Source: Girardia tigrina
Taxonomy: Eukaryota
Length of the DNA: 60,496 nucleotides
Direction of reading: 5' to 3'
Assembly (NCBI GenBank): GCA_001938485.1
Contig: MQRK01255140.1
Coordinates: 1 to 60,496 of the forward strand
Shown here one piece after another: positions 37,315 through 52,206 of this stretch. The position numbers were made by a program, and so were the translations under genes. Positions within the stretch are counted from its first letter, which is position 1, and every line of letters starts with the position of its first letter. Under the pieces are notes generated by a model. It was not told the DNA's origin. It was given only the letters and a program-made list of their open reading frames with translations, and did no database searches.

Positions 37315-38039
37315 AATATATACAATAATAACGCTATTTCAAATATTTTCTCAAACTAAAAAACAGTTTGGAATATTTAAACAAAAATGTAAATGATAAT
37401 TATATACCTGCAATCATTTTCTTTAGATAAAGTGATTTTATGGTAATAATTTTTTTAGAAATTATTTTTGATTTTTTATAAAATTTATTTTCATAAATTT
37501 ATTTTCATAATATTTTACATTTAGTTTTAGGCATACGAAAACAAAATTTCTCTAATGAAATTAATTATCTATTCATAAATTTTTGTTTATTTACTTTTTC
37601 TTTTAATTTTATATATAAAGATTAATGTTTATTTGTCTTTTCGATATACCTATTGAGACGGTATGATCAAGTACAGTCATTTTTATAAATCTTCTAAATA
37701 CTTATGAATAAGTTACTGTAAACAACAATTAAAGTACTAATTGACAAATAATAAAAATCAGATGGTAGAATATTTTGATTTTATCAAATTTTTGATTAAA
37801 TTGTACAAGAAAAGGAAAATTATCGCCTCAAGTTTTTAAACATTTGGTATTTTAAAATTTATTTTTTTGAAAAAAATTGAGAAACAATAAAAATAGATGA
37901 AATTTTGTAATAAATTACAAAACAAAATATTATGTACAATTATAAAAAGGTATGAAATGAATTTTTAATAGTATTTAATAATTCATTTTTAAAATTATTC
38001 TTCTTTTGAGACATTTTCCTTCTTAATTAATAATGTCTC

Positions 38040-38345
38040 CAACTTCAAAAATTCTTCTTGTCTCTGTTTTTGATTCAACTGCTTTCAAATTTTTGTTATC
38101 TTCGTAATTGTTTTTCCACCAATGTCTCAGTCTTCTTCCAAATACTATCTCGGTCGGTGACATGCCTGCCGTAGCTTATACAGCACTATTAAACATAAAT
38201 ATGACTTCTGATAAGACTTCTGTTCAATCTTTATGATCTCCATCCTTCATTCTAATATACAAAGCATCTCTGATCGTGCGAAACTGTCTTTCCACGATTC
38301 CATTTGTGTTATGATGATATGGACTCGAATAGAATACCTCAACTT
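38040..38345 (-). mobile_element. Ty3/gypsy integrase fragment
   Basis: YSSPYHHNTNGIVERQFRTIRDAL...GMSPTEIVFGR. Confidence 0.85.
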
Positions 38346-39150
38346 GGTCCTAGTGCAAAAGTAAACTCGCACGTAACAATTACTGACAAGTTTTCAGGTA
38401 GTGTGTGTAGATGACGCGCATGAGTACATCATCTATATACAACTGGGATGTAAATAACCAATTTCGCATACTAATTTATCTCTCTGGAATTTTTTAAAAT
38501 CGCTTGTGACCCATTGTCCCAATAGTATTGTCCCAAAGTAGTTAAAGGGTTAAGTATAAAATTTATTAATTATAAATTTTATAGAATGATGATTTTTTTG
38601 AGAAATGAATGAAGTCGGTTTAAATTATTTGTGGATGTGGAAGTCCGAGAGAAAAAGAGTTTGTGTTAATTAGTGGTCTCTACAGAAACAATGAAGATAA
38701 TTTCTATAGAATTATTTGAGAAAACGTACATTGATTTTAAACGTACTATGATTCTAGGGGGTGGGGCGATTCTGATTAAAAAAAGAAAATGAGAAAAAAA
38801 ACATAATTATACTATGTCATACTTGTTATTACGTTTACCAAACTCACTCTTTAAATAAAGCACATTCTACTTAAAATAATTGTATTATTTTACATTTTTA
38901 AAATTTTATTTTAAAATATTTTATGAAAACAAATAATAAGGAAATAACGATATGCTTTTTGGTGCGGGTATTAATTATTTTGATACAGAATTATTACTAT
39001 GATTCTACCAAATCATTTATTAAGTAAAAATTTCTCAAAAGTATATATACAAACGTAACAAAATTTAAAAAAATCACAAAAACAGTTCAGATAATTTACG
39101 ATTTTACCCCTTCGCAAAACATTCAATAATATTAAAAATATCTGCTTCTA

Positions 39151-40694
39151 CAGTAGCGTACAAAAAGTCTGTGGAGAGTAAAAAATCACAATTTCCCCCA
39201 ATTAAGCCATAAGTTAGCAAGCTTAAACTTTGACCAGATATGTAATTTTCTATAAGCTTTTACGCTAAATAAATCTTTTTTTAATTTTGTTAATATTTTT
39301 TATGACGAACATTTAAATTTCAACCCGTGCAAAAGTCTGTGCACAATTCAAAATTTTATTAAAAAAACAAATATTTTTGACAACAATTAATAGAAATTGT
39401 AAATTTTATAAATATTTTGTAGCATAACCTTTCGAAGCGATCAGGCATTGAGTTGACTAATTTGTTAATCACATCCAAAGAAATGTTGCTCCAAATATCA
39501 TGAATTTTTTCGTAGAGCTCCTTCTTATTTTTGGGTTTATTGCCTTTCAAATGACGATAAATGTATTCCCAAACATGATCAATAGGATTTAAGTCAGGAC
39601 TTTGCGATGACCACTTCAAAACACGAATTTTATTGACTTTGAAAAAATCCTGTACGGTTTTGGCCGTGTGCATTATCCAGTTTAAATACCCAACCTCGGC
39701 GCATTTTATCTTTTGCAAAAGATAATATTTTAGTACCTCGCACATAGATTGACCCATTATGCAATCTATGTGATGTATTGAACCAACCATCTCACGGCTA
39801 AAGGCACCCCAAACCAACACATTACCATCTTTATGTTTTAGCGTATGTAGCTGATATTTTGGATCAAATCTTTTACCAACAGGTCGTCTTATATACTTAA
39901 TTCTATCACTCTCGAAGACCATAAATTTTGATTCATCAGAAAAAAGAACCTTTGACCATTCTTTCAACACTCAGTTAAGATTTTTCTTTGCAAAATTTAC
40001 TCGGGCCTTTCGATTCTATACCGAGATCAAAGGTTTTTTTGCTGGTGTACGACCAAATAAATTTGCTTTCTAAAGACGACGTTTTTTAGTATCAACATTA
40101 CACTTAACATTATAGTCCTTTCTCATTATTTCATTCCATTCAAAAGCATTCTTTCGAGAGTCCGATTTCGATAATCCTTTAAGAATTCTATCATATTTTT
40201 GTGATGTTACTCTCGGCCTTCTACTGCGTGAGTTGTTGTCTATGATATGGCGCTGATTGTATCTCTTGACATGAGTATTGACTGCAGACTTACTAACATT
40301 ATAAAGCGATGCAATTTCTCTATAAGATTTTTCCCTATAAGATAAGCACCATAAATCAATTTCTTGATATCTTCTGACATTTCCCGGCCTGAGGTCATCC
40401 TAAATAATACTTTGTTTGATTAATACTTAAATTAATACATAAATTTAATTAGCATTTACTTTATTTAAGCAATGAATTTTATGAATTTTCCATAGACTTT
40501 TGTATGAGTTAAAATTTTAAAATTGAATGTTCGCCATAAAAAATATTAACAAAATTAAAAAAAGATTTATTTAGTGCAAAAGCTTATAAAAAATTACATA
40601 TGTTGTCAAAATTTAAGCTTGCCACCTTATAAACTCATCTCTTAATTTGGAAGATTGTAATTTTTTTACTGTTCACAGACTTTTCACGCTACTG
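39151..40694 (-). mobile_element. Degenerate Tc1 element with long IR/DR-type TIRs
   Basis: TA|CAGTAGCGTACAAAAGTCTGTG ... CACAGACTTTTCACGCTACTG|TA; ~200-bp TIRs with inner AAAAGTCTGTG repeat; VLFSDESKF and QSPDLNPID motifs. Confidence 0.9.
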
Positions 40695-41159
40695 TATATC
40701 TTGATGTATATGAAACAAAGCTAATTCTATTAACCTTTCTTCACTAATTCGATTTCTTAAATTTTTTAGTCAACGCAAAGAAGAAAAGCTTCTTTAAATT
40801 GATGCAACATTAATGGATAAAGTTAGTAATATCTTTAACAATTCATTTAATAACAAAGACATATCTACATCATGGTTTTTTAAGGCCATTTTCGGTGTAC
40901 ATTGTACACCCAAAAATTTAGCTATTTATTGGTAAAACATGGATTCATTAAAAAATACACACATTGCTATTCCACCCACTCTCTCTCCCTCTCGCACATA
41001 CACGCTCCTATACAAGGTCATTTATAATTTTATATTTATTTAATATGTATTCTTTTTTATATATGTATTCTTTTTTTATATGTATTCTTTTGTTCTTAAC
41101 CCTTTAAATCAAGTGTGAATATGTGATGTAACAATTTTTGAGTAAAAATAAATATCATA

Positions 41160-43180
41160 CTATACACCCAGCATGAAACCTTAAAAAACCCTGATCTACA
41201 TCACAGTTTTCGAAGGTTTTTTCAACTGTCTCTGGAATATTTAAATATTTCAAAGATATTCATTTATTTTTCCATAGATTTACTTCTTCAAGTAATGATT
41301 GTTCAATGTCATACCCACCGCTTTTTATTCATGAACCATAAGTTTTGCATAAGTTACCTTCAATATCAATTTTCATAAATATTTTTTGGCCAAGTGAATC
41401 TTTAGGAAATTTTGTTTCCAAATCAGTTATTACTGCGTCCAGCAAAGGAATATAAATAAATTTTCTGTAGAATTCTTCTGGAGAATGTTGAATATTTTTT
41501 CTATTCTTTTATTTTTGCTATGCGTTGAATTTCTACAGAAATTTCAAACTCTTCTAGAATAATTAAAACTTTAGTAAATATTTCATGTTTTTCTTCATTA
41601 GCCTTGTTGGGTTCTTGATCGAGATTAAAACTCATTAACACCAAAATTTTTATTTTCTTTTATTAAAGGGAAAAGTTTTTTTAATTAATAAAGATTTTAA
41701 CGTTTTATTTATTATCAATATTTCAGTTTAAAAGCATTTTTACTTACAATTATTTTAAATACAATACAAATTTTAAATAGAATATAAATACAAAAAAATA
41801 ATTTACAATATTCAAATTTTTATTATTAGAATAACTTTTAAAATTAGTACAAATATAATTATCATTGTCTTTATATATTTCTTTTAAATAAATTATTTAA
41901 AAATCCATTATTTCCCAATTAATTTCAAAATAAGTTTTTACTCTACAATTAAAATTTAATTATTTCCGAAAATAACTTTTTAAAATTAATTAAGGTATAT
42001 TTTTTTGCTTAAATTTGCTTAAAAACTTTGATTTTAAATATTTAATTATTTTAAAGATTCTTTATAAAAATTAATTGTTTCAAAAATTTTGAGAGTGAGC
42101 CTGTCCTTCACAAGCCTTATGACGTTTTCCATAATTATAAATATCATATTGTTAATAATTTTCGATGCATTACAAAAGTATAAGTTTTCTTTTGAAATAA
42201 TCTTGTTAATGGTAAAGAATAGATATTAAATTGAAACCTGAAAATGTACAGAAATCAAGAATTCTACATCTTTTAAGGCATTAATAAGCATTTTACATTT
42301 TGTGGAAGATAAAAAATCCGTCCAATCTGAAATATGCTATTGATTTTCTCAAAAAGCTAATCTGTAAGAACCTGTGCTCTTTTTAGGTTTTTCATTGGTT
42401 GTTTTTTACAACCTGACACTTAGACCTTCCAAAACACTGTGCCTGGGTTCTTGTCAGTGCGATTACTCAGACTGATATTAAGACCATCCCGCTTACACAC
42501 GGAATTTATGTCTTTGACAACCTTTATCAAAGGTGTTCCCACGGGTAACCCTTTGTGAGAAGATTGTATAAAGGGGTGGTTATAGTCAAGGGATGATTTG
42601 CTAGCAAATGAAGTTTTACCTGATGCGGCTCATGGCTCCTGGGTCAATGGATGACTTTAGTTCAAGCTCGACGATTGTCATTTTTATGACGGTATTACTC
42701 ATGGTTTATGCCATTTTGTTCGCCCACTATAAGAATATTCTCTATATAATCGATTACTTGTATAATATAGTCACTGTGTTCAATACAAAGAGCCTCATAT
42801 GAACTTTTCAGTTCTCGTTAAGTAGAATTCGCAAAACAGAGCCTTTTGGTTGATACATTAAAAATGATATCACGTTTTCAATTTCTGCAATAGAATTACG
42901 TATTGCATAAACGGATGACATTTTAGATATTGACAAATTTAATGCATTATTAAAACATTTACATTTACTAGTAAATGATGCTACTTTTTTAATTTCGGTA
43001 ACAAAACTAGCTTGTTAAAAAACCATCATTTAGCATCGGTCCCAATACCAATACATTTTATTTATATCAATGCCCATTTTTCTTAATTTTTCGAGAATAA
43101 GTTTCCCAAGAATATTACCTGTTACTCTAGGTTCATAAGAATTCGGTTCGTCTGAAAACAATTGAATTTGATCTGCACTG
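41160..43180 (-). mobile_element. Fragments of a decayed hAT transposase
   Basis: EEFYRKFIYIPLLDAVITDLETKF; LGKLILEKLRKMGIDINKMYWYWD; CFNNALNLSISK..SVYAIRNS. Confidence 0.6.
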
Positions 43181-43794
43181 TTGAAAAAATATGTAAATCA
43201 CAGTAAGAGCAATAGGGTATTTAAAAAATACATTGTAAAATATTAAATTACAAGAAAATCAAAAAGAGTATCTTGTTCCGAAAAGTTTGTCCTTTTTTCA
43301 TTCTGTAGTTGACAAATGGTAAACAATCTTTTCAAGGTTGACATAAATTTAGCCATCTATGACAAAAAATACTAAAATAAAATCAAAGACAAATCTTGGT
43401 TAGTGAAGCAATAATTTTATTTTATGAACTAACAGGTTTGTCAAGAATACTTACAGTAACTTCGAAGAATGATGGCGAGTGCTGTGCTGCTGTGGTTCGC
43501 TACAGTACTCAGAGCTTCAAAATACAGCAATCACTGCTCCTATAGTTGAACTCCTTCGACTTAGAGATTCTTATTTTTGCCTTAAATTGAGACTTTATAT
43601 TCGTCCAATTTGACTCGATAGGATTCAACATCGAAATGTATGACTATAAACAGCCTCAGTCAAAGGCGCCTACAGGATTTTTTCCAGGGGGTGCAAAATA
43701 AAAACTTTCCTCGGGTAGAAATTTTTGAAAAAAACAATTTATTTATTTATTCAATTTCGTTCTCATCAAATGCAAAATTATAAAATAAAAAAGT

Positions 43795-44240
43795 TTTTGG
43801 TTAGGTATAAAATTTCTCACATGTCTAGAAAAAAATTATTTTCCTCTTTTTAGTCCATATGAAAACGTGGTTTTTAAAACTTTTTTATTTATTATTATTT
43901 TCTTATTTTTTAGTAGTATTATTATATTATACTACTTAGTATTATTATACTACTTATTATTATAAGTAGTATATAAGATTTAATTTTATAATTTATAAAT
44001 TTTATATTTTAATTTAGTCCATATAAAATTAAAATTAATTAATTTGAATTTATTAGAGCATTTTTGAGATGCAGAGATGCTAAAATCTCAAAATGTCAGG
44101 CAGAAGAAGCCTACATAAAAAATTTCAGAACGATCGGATGAGTGGAAGTGGTCTAAAAAAGCGTGTAAAAAGTGAAACATCGCAAACAAACAGAAAGACA
44201 GACAGAACCCAAAGCAAGTTAAGTAAAACGTGGTAAAAAA
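43795..44240 (+). mobile_element. Second copy of the DINE/Helentron-like repeat at 16010-16730
   Basis: Shared TTTTTGGTTAGGTATAAAATTTCNCACATGTCTAGAAAAAAATTAT and CAGACAGA...AAAACGTGGTAAAA. Confidence 0.55.
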
Positions 44241-44635
44241 AACATAAATCACATTATTAAACAACATTACAAAGAAGATATTCAAATTGATAGCATTCAG
44301 AACACTCATGTTTTTTTCAAAAGTATTTGCCATAAGATATTGTTCTTAAATATTTTTTTACACAAGTTATTTTATCGACCATCACAAAGCTAAAATCTTT
44401 ATGAAAATAATATTTTATTCCTCGTTATTCATATATTTGATTATTAATCTAGTTTCGAAATAGAATTTGAGGAATGTACATTTTCTCAGCCTATTTATCT
44501 AAAATATTTTTTTTATATTTTCGCTGTCAATATCCTTCTAGAATCCCATTATAATTTTCTTATTTTTTAGTGAAATATTTTTTTTTCAAATCTTTTTTTA
44601 AAACATTATTTGGATCATTATTTAGAACATTATTT

Positions 44636-44950
44636 AGGCAATCTGTCTGCTACAGGTACCATATAAACCTGTAATATATGTCCAATGGTCGAATAGTTGG
44701 CGACTAAACCAGCTGTCTCACCCAGAGCAACTTGGATGAAGAGGTGTGTGGACACCTAGCAGGATGAAAAACAAAACCTAGCAAAGGGCGGATGATCTCC
44801 TTGGAGCCAACGGCCATCCATACCTGGAGAAGAGATAGGCGCCACCATGTTCCTTGCCTACTGAGACACTCAAATATATATGCAAACCCAAGCCTATGCT
44901 TCTGCATAATTGAGTGCACCCACGGCCCAAAGGCTACCGTACCAAAAAAA
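44636..44950 (+). mobile_element. 5'-truncated copy 3 of the 5S-SINE family (no 5S head)
   Basis: Reverse complement of the body of 991-1438; ends GGCTACCGTACC-A(n); candidate TSD ATTTAGAAC at 44620 and 44951. Confidence 0.85.
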
Positions 44951-45555
44951 ATTTAGAACCAAGACGGAAACCTTTTGCAACCAACTGTTTCAACACAGCG
45001 TCCAGCTTTTCACGTCCACTCATTTGAATTATCCTCGCCGGATTTCCATATTGAAAATCTTAATGGCTGTTATAGCTTCAATTAGGTTGATTTTGGCCCC
45101 CTTCTAGTGGTACAATCGCAAAACTGCATGCTATTCATCTATCATTGAAAGTTATAAAAAATCTTTCATAAATTAAAAAAATTTAAAAAATTAAATGTAA
45201 TATGAAAATTTCAAAAATAATATAATATCATTTTTATTATTGGAACTACAATTTTCATTCTTTGAAAAACCAATTTTATTCTTTAAAGTTCGATTGAAAT
45301 CCTTTAAGATACAAATTAAAATTTTATAAATATTGCGTTCCTTTCTACAGCATCAACTTCAAAAGTGTTAGTTGTTATTCTTCAGAGACCCGGTAGGGAC
45401 TGAATATTTTAACAATCATCAATTGATTTATTTAGGTTACATTTTATTGTTGTCACATTTTAGTAAACGATAATCAATACATATTTAAATATAAGGCTTT
45501 CAAGAAAGTTCCTGGGAATTTACATAGTGATTCATAATTATAGCAACTCAATATA

Positions 45556-46770
45556 TTACTGGTAAAGCCATAACTTGTTATGATACTGACAAAAATTGAT
45601 TAAATTAACAAACTTCGTAAAACACAAATAACAATAACAAACATTAATACAGGATTTAAGACGTTTGGGTAATTTATTAACCGAGGTGACCAAGTAGGCT
45701 GCGTCCAGCTTTTCCCATGCTTTCAAAAGCGATTTCATCAAAGAGTTGAGATTTTTATGTTGTTTTGAATAGACTTTCTCTTCAAGAGCGAACCAGACAG
45801 AATAATCAAGGGGATTTAAATCCGGGGTTTGGTAGCCACTCAGAAAACTTAATAAAATCAGGCAGGTTTTGCTGGCTCCATGTCTACAATTTTCGAGCCT
45901 CATGAGTGGGAGCGTCATCTTGTTGAAAAGTTCACATGCGTGTTCCAATATGATAATCAGCCCATGGAAGAAGTTAATTATTCCAAACATCTAGATAGAT
46001 ATATTGGTTAAGCTTTACACCCGCATCAACGAAAACCAGTGGAATTTTTCTATGTTAAGTTATCGCGCAAAAACCATGACCAATTGTGAATGAGAAACTC
46101 GTTGAATCCGGGCTGTTTGGTTTTCATTTTGCGTAAACTCGATCATTTTGTCGATTCAAATATTATTCTACTGTAAAGATCTAATCGGCTGAGAAAACGA
46201 TTTGCTAATGTTGATGAACACGGAATCTTCGAAGCAAAGCCTTTGTTCGGTCTTCTCGTTTTTTGGTCGCATTTGTTAAAAATTGAACTTCATTTTGTTT
46301 GTAGGCCTTCAATTTGAGATCATCAATAATGGGTCGACGTAAAGAAGTGCGAGACATGCTGCTTCCGATTGCCATCTTACGGACAGAACGACGGTCTTTT
46401 TTTCTGGATACGGTTCCTCAATTTTTTGATTGCCTTCTTCTTTTTGACGGAACGATTCCTGTCCCTTACTTTTCGATCTTCGCTTGTTCCCAGTTCAGTA
46501 TGTCTTTGAATTGTTCGATAAACAACTATTTTATTGACTCCTAATCGATTAATGATCTCGGTCGCTGCAACAAATTTATTCTAGAGAGAAATGATTAATT
46601 CATGGTAAACATATTTTCTCACCATTCTAAAAATGAAGACAAAAATTATGTTTTTTATTAGAAAAAAGCAGAAAAACAAAGAAAAATCATACATGGTGGT
46701 CTAAAATCATAGTATAAGTTGCCATCATTACCTACGAACTGAGTAACTATAATTCTGAACCATCCTGTAT
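45556..46770 (-). mobile_element. Decayed Tc1/mariner (maT-like) transposase
   Basis: TPDLNPLDYSVWFALEEKV...LLKAWEKL; end GAACCATCCTG|TA. Confidence 0.75.
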
Positions 46771-49759
46771 ATTTGCCGTTCAATTTTTAAATGATTTGTT
46801 TTTAAATAAAGTTTCTTTGTACGGTAAAAGAGTGTTTATCACTTTGTTATCCTTTGTTATCCTTAACAATAATTTAATTTTTTTTAGATCACTGAATGTG
46901 ACATGGAAACTAGTAAAGAAAAAAATCTTTTTTTTAAACAATACTTTATGTGAATAAAAGTCCTTCAGAATCTAATGACAAAACGAACTAGTTGTGTGAT
47001 GAAGGAAGTTGAATAACAAAATGATTGAACTGTTAAAAGGAGCATTTAAATATCCGTTTCAGTACGGTGCAATTGTGGGATCACTCGAATAGAAATATCT
47101 TGGACAAATAATTCAATTAACAAGGCTGATTTAGATGGTCTGGTCTTCGGAGTACAGTTTCCGTACCTTGAACTACTAAACAGTTGTTTTTAACATGAAA
47201 AAATTATTGAAAATAGTAGTCCGTGTCAAGAAAATCAATATTTTTTTTAAAAAAACATTTCTCTTGACAATGATTAAGCCACATAGAATAAATTTAATAA
47301 TGAATTAAAAAAATTATTTATTACAAAACTAAAATTCATAAAATTCTGACAAATATATAAAATACAAAAATTGAATTTAATTTTAAAATTAATAAGTCAA
47401 TTAAAATTTATTATATTATTTATTAATTGTAACGCATTAACCGATATCTTCAGTACAAAGAATTTAAAAAAAAGAAAGTTACATTTAAAAATTACAAAAA
47501 AAATAATTTGACTAAAAATATGCAATTTCATAATTCCAACGATAATAAGGATTTTAAATCTTTTTTGTTAGGAAAACAAAAAGGATTATCATAAATATAA
47601 TATATTAACTTTGGTAAATATATTATTGTCTGGTGTTTTTCGGTAGTGTTTGTCGGTTGTTTAATTTTTTTATTGTCAACTTGTGTAGACGCGTTGTTTT
47701 CGGTCATAAATGTCAATTATTTATTTTTTTTTGGTTGTGTCTACTGAGTCATGTTTGCGTGATCATGATTGTAGATTGGATGCTGTGTTTTGAGGGAGAT
47801 TTTTGGCCGAATACTTTAGAAGACAGTTTAAAGGAGGTTTGAACTCTGATCCGCATATTACGACACTACGACACATTATAGTGATGGTCAAGTTTTCTAT
47901 TTCGTCACACATGAATTTACGACAATGGAAACATGTAGAGTAAATTTATTGTCGAAAGAAAGTGTCAAAGACCACTGAAAGTGAGTACACTAAATCTCTA
48001 TCGATGGGATCAATTTTTATCAATCTACAAGTGCAGATAAAATATCTGAAATATCAGTTAAAGTCATTAGATAGAATGGGATGTCTTTCTCTCGATGGCT
48101 ACAATAAACGACAGGATAATGACAAATGTATATTAAATAACATCATGGATGTCGATTGTAAATTAGATGAATTTTTAAGCAGAGAGATGCCCAAGTTGGT
48201 CATACTTCATTCGACAATGAATTAAAAAATCTTGATACTCTTTTAAATAAAGAAAGAGAATTATTCGAAACCAAGATTATTTAAAAAACTGCTTTGAATC
48301 ACTAAAAAATCGGAAATACTTATCAAATTATTTGTCCACATAAAATTAATATATACTTAGAAATTATAAATAATTTAAAATGTATGATCAATGATCGCTA
48401 AGCGATCATAAAATCAATTAGCTGAATATTGAGAAGATTATTTTATATTGCTAACAATAATTTGTCATTTTTATTACTATTTTCTGGACCGAGGTTATAT
48501 TTTATATTTTTGTGTGTGCGCTGATCTGTAAATTATTGTTTGACTTTATTTTGTTTATTTTTCTCTGAATAAATTACAATTAAATCCCCCGTCGTTATTA
48601 ATATTGTTTTTATTTAATTGTAGTAGTAAAATAATTACTGTAATAAATAATATTACATTTAAAAAGATCCATGGTTGAGAATCCCAAAACGTTGCTATAA
48701 CATCATTTGAGAACTGCCTATTCCTTTCAAACTACGAGACTTGTAGTTTTATAAAATTATAAAAAAATCCCAAATTTCAACATTCCAAATACTCGTGCTT
48801 CTTCACCCATCTTAAGTCATTGGAATATTATAATTTAAATATAAATATTCTTTAGTTTTATTTATTGTCAAAGCTCTCATTCCTCTCTTTACAATTTATT
48901 ACATTGTTATATGCTTTACTGAACTTTGTACCAAATAACAACGAACATAAAATATCATTTTTTAAAATAAACTATTAATTACTTTTGCAATTTTATTATG
49001 TATGTTACAGAGCCAACCTCACCATAAAAAAGGTCAAAGGGTTTTGAAAAGAAGTATAAAAATAAAATTTATTCTGAGTATGTTCATAAATCTTTAATAT
49101 TTGAAAATTTGTTGCATTATATTTTTATTATATTTCAAATTTTCTCTAAAATCAAAGAGAGAATCATCACTAATTTATTGTTTTAATTTTTATTTTTGAT
49201 AATAATAACTCGACTTTGCAATTTTCCTTTGGGGGTCTAGAACCATTTTTCCAGACACTGGTCCCAAATATTGAGTTTGATCATTTCTAAGAAAATATAA
49301 TTATTTAATAGATTAAATTAACTAAATATTCCGGGAAGAAATATTATTTATTGTGTATTAAAGTCATATATAATTCATTAAAATGATAATAAAAATTATA
49401 TATAAAGGAAGAACCAAAACGGCTGCGATTTCATCACTATTTTCATCCTACAAAAACGGTAATGTGTTGCGCAATTGAGAAAGTGCTTAATATAATAATT
49501 TTTACATACTTCGACACGCGTCATTATTATTAAAAGATAATAATTATGTGTGTGTTCACTGAACCGGAGATTTATTACATCTAAATAATAATACATTTTA
49601 TCTTATAATAACAAAATAATAATATAAAATTAACATAATAGTTTTTATGAAGTCATTATTATATTTAAAATTTTTTAAAAGTCATTACGATTTTAATTAT
49701 AATAAATCAAATATTAATGTATTTCCAAGTTATTATTTAATACAATTTCTCATTTTTAG

Positions 49760-50310
49760 ATTCGAAAGAACGGGTTCAGTCAGGGGTTTTAAATAAAGGT
49801 CACACCATATCAATGAGGATCCTTGTGCACAACATACAATACTTATCTATGTCCAGAAACTCATGAAATATATTGAGCGAATACGCACAAGAGCTAATAT
49901 TTTTTCATTGGAATAATAAAAAATCATATTATAAGTCCTTACATGTTTGGAATTTGTTAGATAGTTAGATTTGTTAGCTTCGTGAAACACTTGTTTCAAA
50001 CTCCTATTTTCTTAGTTCTTAATAAATTTAATTTTAATATAATATTGATACCAAACATGCATGTTAATTGGTCAAATAAATACATTACCAATGGGAAGAT
50101 TTAGCTCATTGAATACTTCAATTTTAACTAGATATGAAGAGAGAAACGTTGGCCAAAGAAGGCCACAAACAGTTCAGAACCTAAAAGACTTTGTGAGTGA
50201 CAACTTGGTTCAAATTGACCAGTTAATCATACATTAATCATTAGATTTAATAACTAAAAGATGATATTCAGTACTCAACAAAAATGGCAAAATTATTATG
50301 TATTAGAAAT
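49760..50310 (+). mobile_element. Decayed Tc1-like transposase 3' region
   Basis: Fragmentary DMKRNVGQRRPQTVQNLKDFV and C-terminal KR*YSVLNKNGKIIMY*. Confidence 0.45.
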
Positions 50311-52160
50311 TCTAATTTAGAATAGAGTCAATAATATGGATAAAACTATAAATAAATAAACCCTACTTGTCTCTTTTCTCTATCGGGAAATTTACACTGA
50401 TCAAAGTCTTCGGAGCGAGCAAGATGGAGTGTCAGCTCGCCCGTAAGGGAAACAAATAATCGACTTAATGAAGTTTTCGAAGGTAGAATAATCGGAAAAC
50501 TTTCTGAATTCATACGACCGAGATCTAACGGTACTGGATTGAATTTATAATGTTATTTAAAGGATCTTGTTTTTGTGAATAAGGCGACAACAATTGCGGC
50601 TATTATAGAAAATATTTAATATGAAATTCGCTCAACGTCTCAAGAAATTTTGATAAATGTTACGAAAAATGTAAGGAAAGAAATAATTTAAATTATGTAT
50701 GATTAATATTTCTAATATGTTTCCTACAAGTAAATTATTTTAATATTTCGCACAAAAACAAATGAAGGAAAGACAAAAATGATAGAAGGAAATCAAAGAA
50801 GAGATTTCACCTGGTGAAAAAATCTTATTTGAAAGTTTTTATATACGCATTTTATAGTAAAATCCAAAATAAACCAAATGTGAGTGTTACCATTTTAATT
50901 AAAAAAAAGATTAGGAAATTAATCTTCATTTGTCTTTATACAAATTAGGATCTGTTTATAGGAGAACGAAGGTAAAAGTAAAAGAAATATGTGTTAAAAT
51001 GCTTATTTTTTTATCTTAATACTATGTAGTCAGGTGTTTTCTCGCCATTTACAGTCTAAAACTCCTTTTATCGATAGGTAGATAAATTGGTTACCCCCGA
51101 CAATATATAACGCACCACCAACACCTGTCTAGAGCCCCCTGTTTTACAAGTTTATCACACATTGCCGCACCTTATCGTAAACGAGTAAACTAAGCTACCG
51201 CACTGTACTATCAAGAGGTATGACGAGTTTACTCGCCTCCCGAAAACAATGTGTTAATATAAGTCATATTTAAAAAATACTTTATTTTCGTCTATATTAA
51301 GATCACATTAAACAATGACCGAATAAGTGACCATCATCCTTTTTTAATAGTGGGGTTGTCGTCTTTCAGTCTGGTAGATTTAACTTTCTATGAAATATCA
51401 TTTTTTGTTCTCCAATATCAACATATCTAGTTCCTATATGAAAAAAGTTTAACATCATTATTAAAATGTTTTTGAGAATTTCCGTGTAATTTTGTTTCGA
51501 AGAAACCATGACGTTAAAGAGAAGTGGCATTACGTTATTTTAAGTGTAATTCAGAATCAAACTTGATTACTATATATTGTTCACTAAATGATGTGGATCA
51601 TAGATACAGGACCGCTAGCATATGTTTCCTCCGATCCTAACTTGGATTTTCTTTCTTTATCTTTTATTATTGTAATTAATTAAACAGTTTGTCTCTTATA
51701 GACATGCTTCATATCTTTCATTACTGTGCAACTCTAACATGAACTTGAAGATCGGAAAGGAAAGAGTGAAATATAAATGAAGGATCGAATCTGATCAGAA
51801 ACACTTGTTCTTTCAACAAGAAAATAAAAATTCTAAAACCACCATTAAATTTATTTTATAATCCGATTGTTATGCAAAAGAAATCAGTATCACAACAATC
51901 GTTATCAATTATTTAACCTTTCAACAACAAAATAAATGATAAACAGTTACAATTTCTTCAAACGGTAATACAATCAAAACTTTTCAAAATATTATTTTAA
52001 TAATTAAAAAAAATCTCACTAATTAAAACGGAAAAAAATTAAAATTTTACATCATTTACATTTTTAAAAGGATTTTGTTTGATTTTTTTTCGAAAATTAA
52101 ATCCCCATTTCGAAACACGTACTTAAATGACGGAAATTCAATAACATGCAAGGTTAATTC

Positions 52161-52206
52161 TGATTGGCTGTTGCAGTGGAATGCGTTTGATGAGATCAGC
52201 CAATGA
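52161..52206. promoter_or_regulatory. Two oppositely oriented CCAAT (NF-Y) boxes; proximal promoter of the NK4-like gene
   Basis: TGATTGGCTG (52161-52170) and CAGCCAATGA (52197-52206), about 100-140 bp upstream of the ATG. Confidence 0.55.

Noticed and set aside
43478-43512. 9-bp hairpin GAGTGCTGT / ACAGTACTC as a snoRNA or miRNA
   Set aside because: Too short, and no proper C/D or H/ACA boxes
47962-48225. 87-aa ORF MSKTTESEY...
   Set aside because: GTG start, no motif, no splice context; probably a decayed repeat
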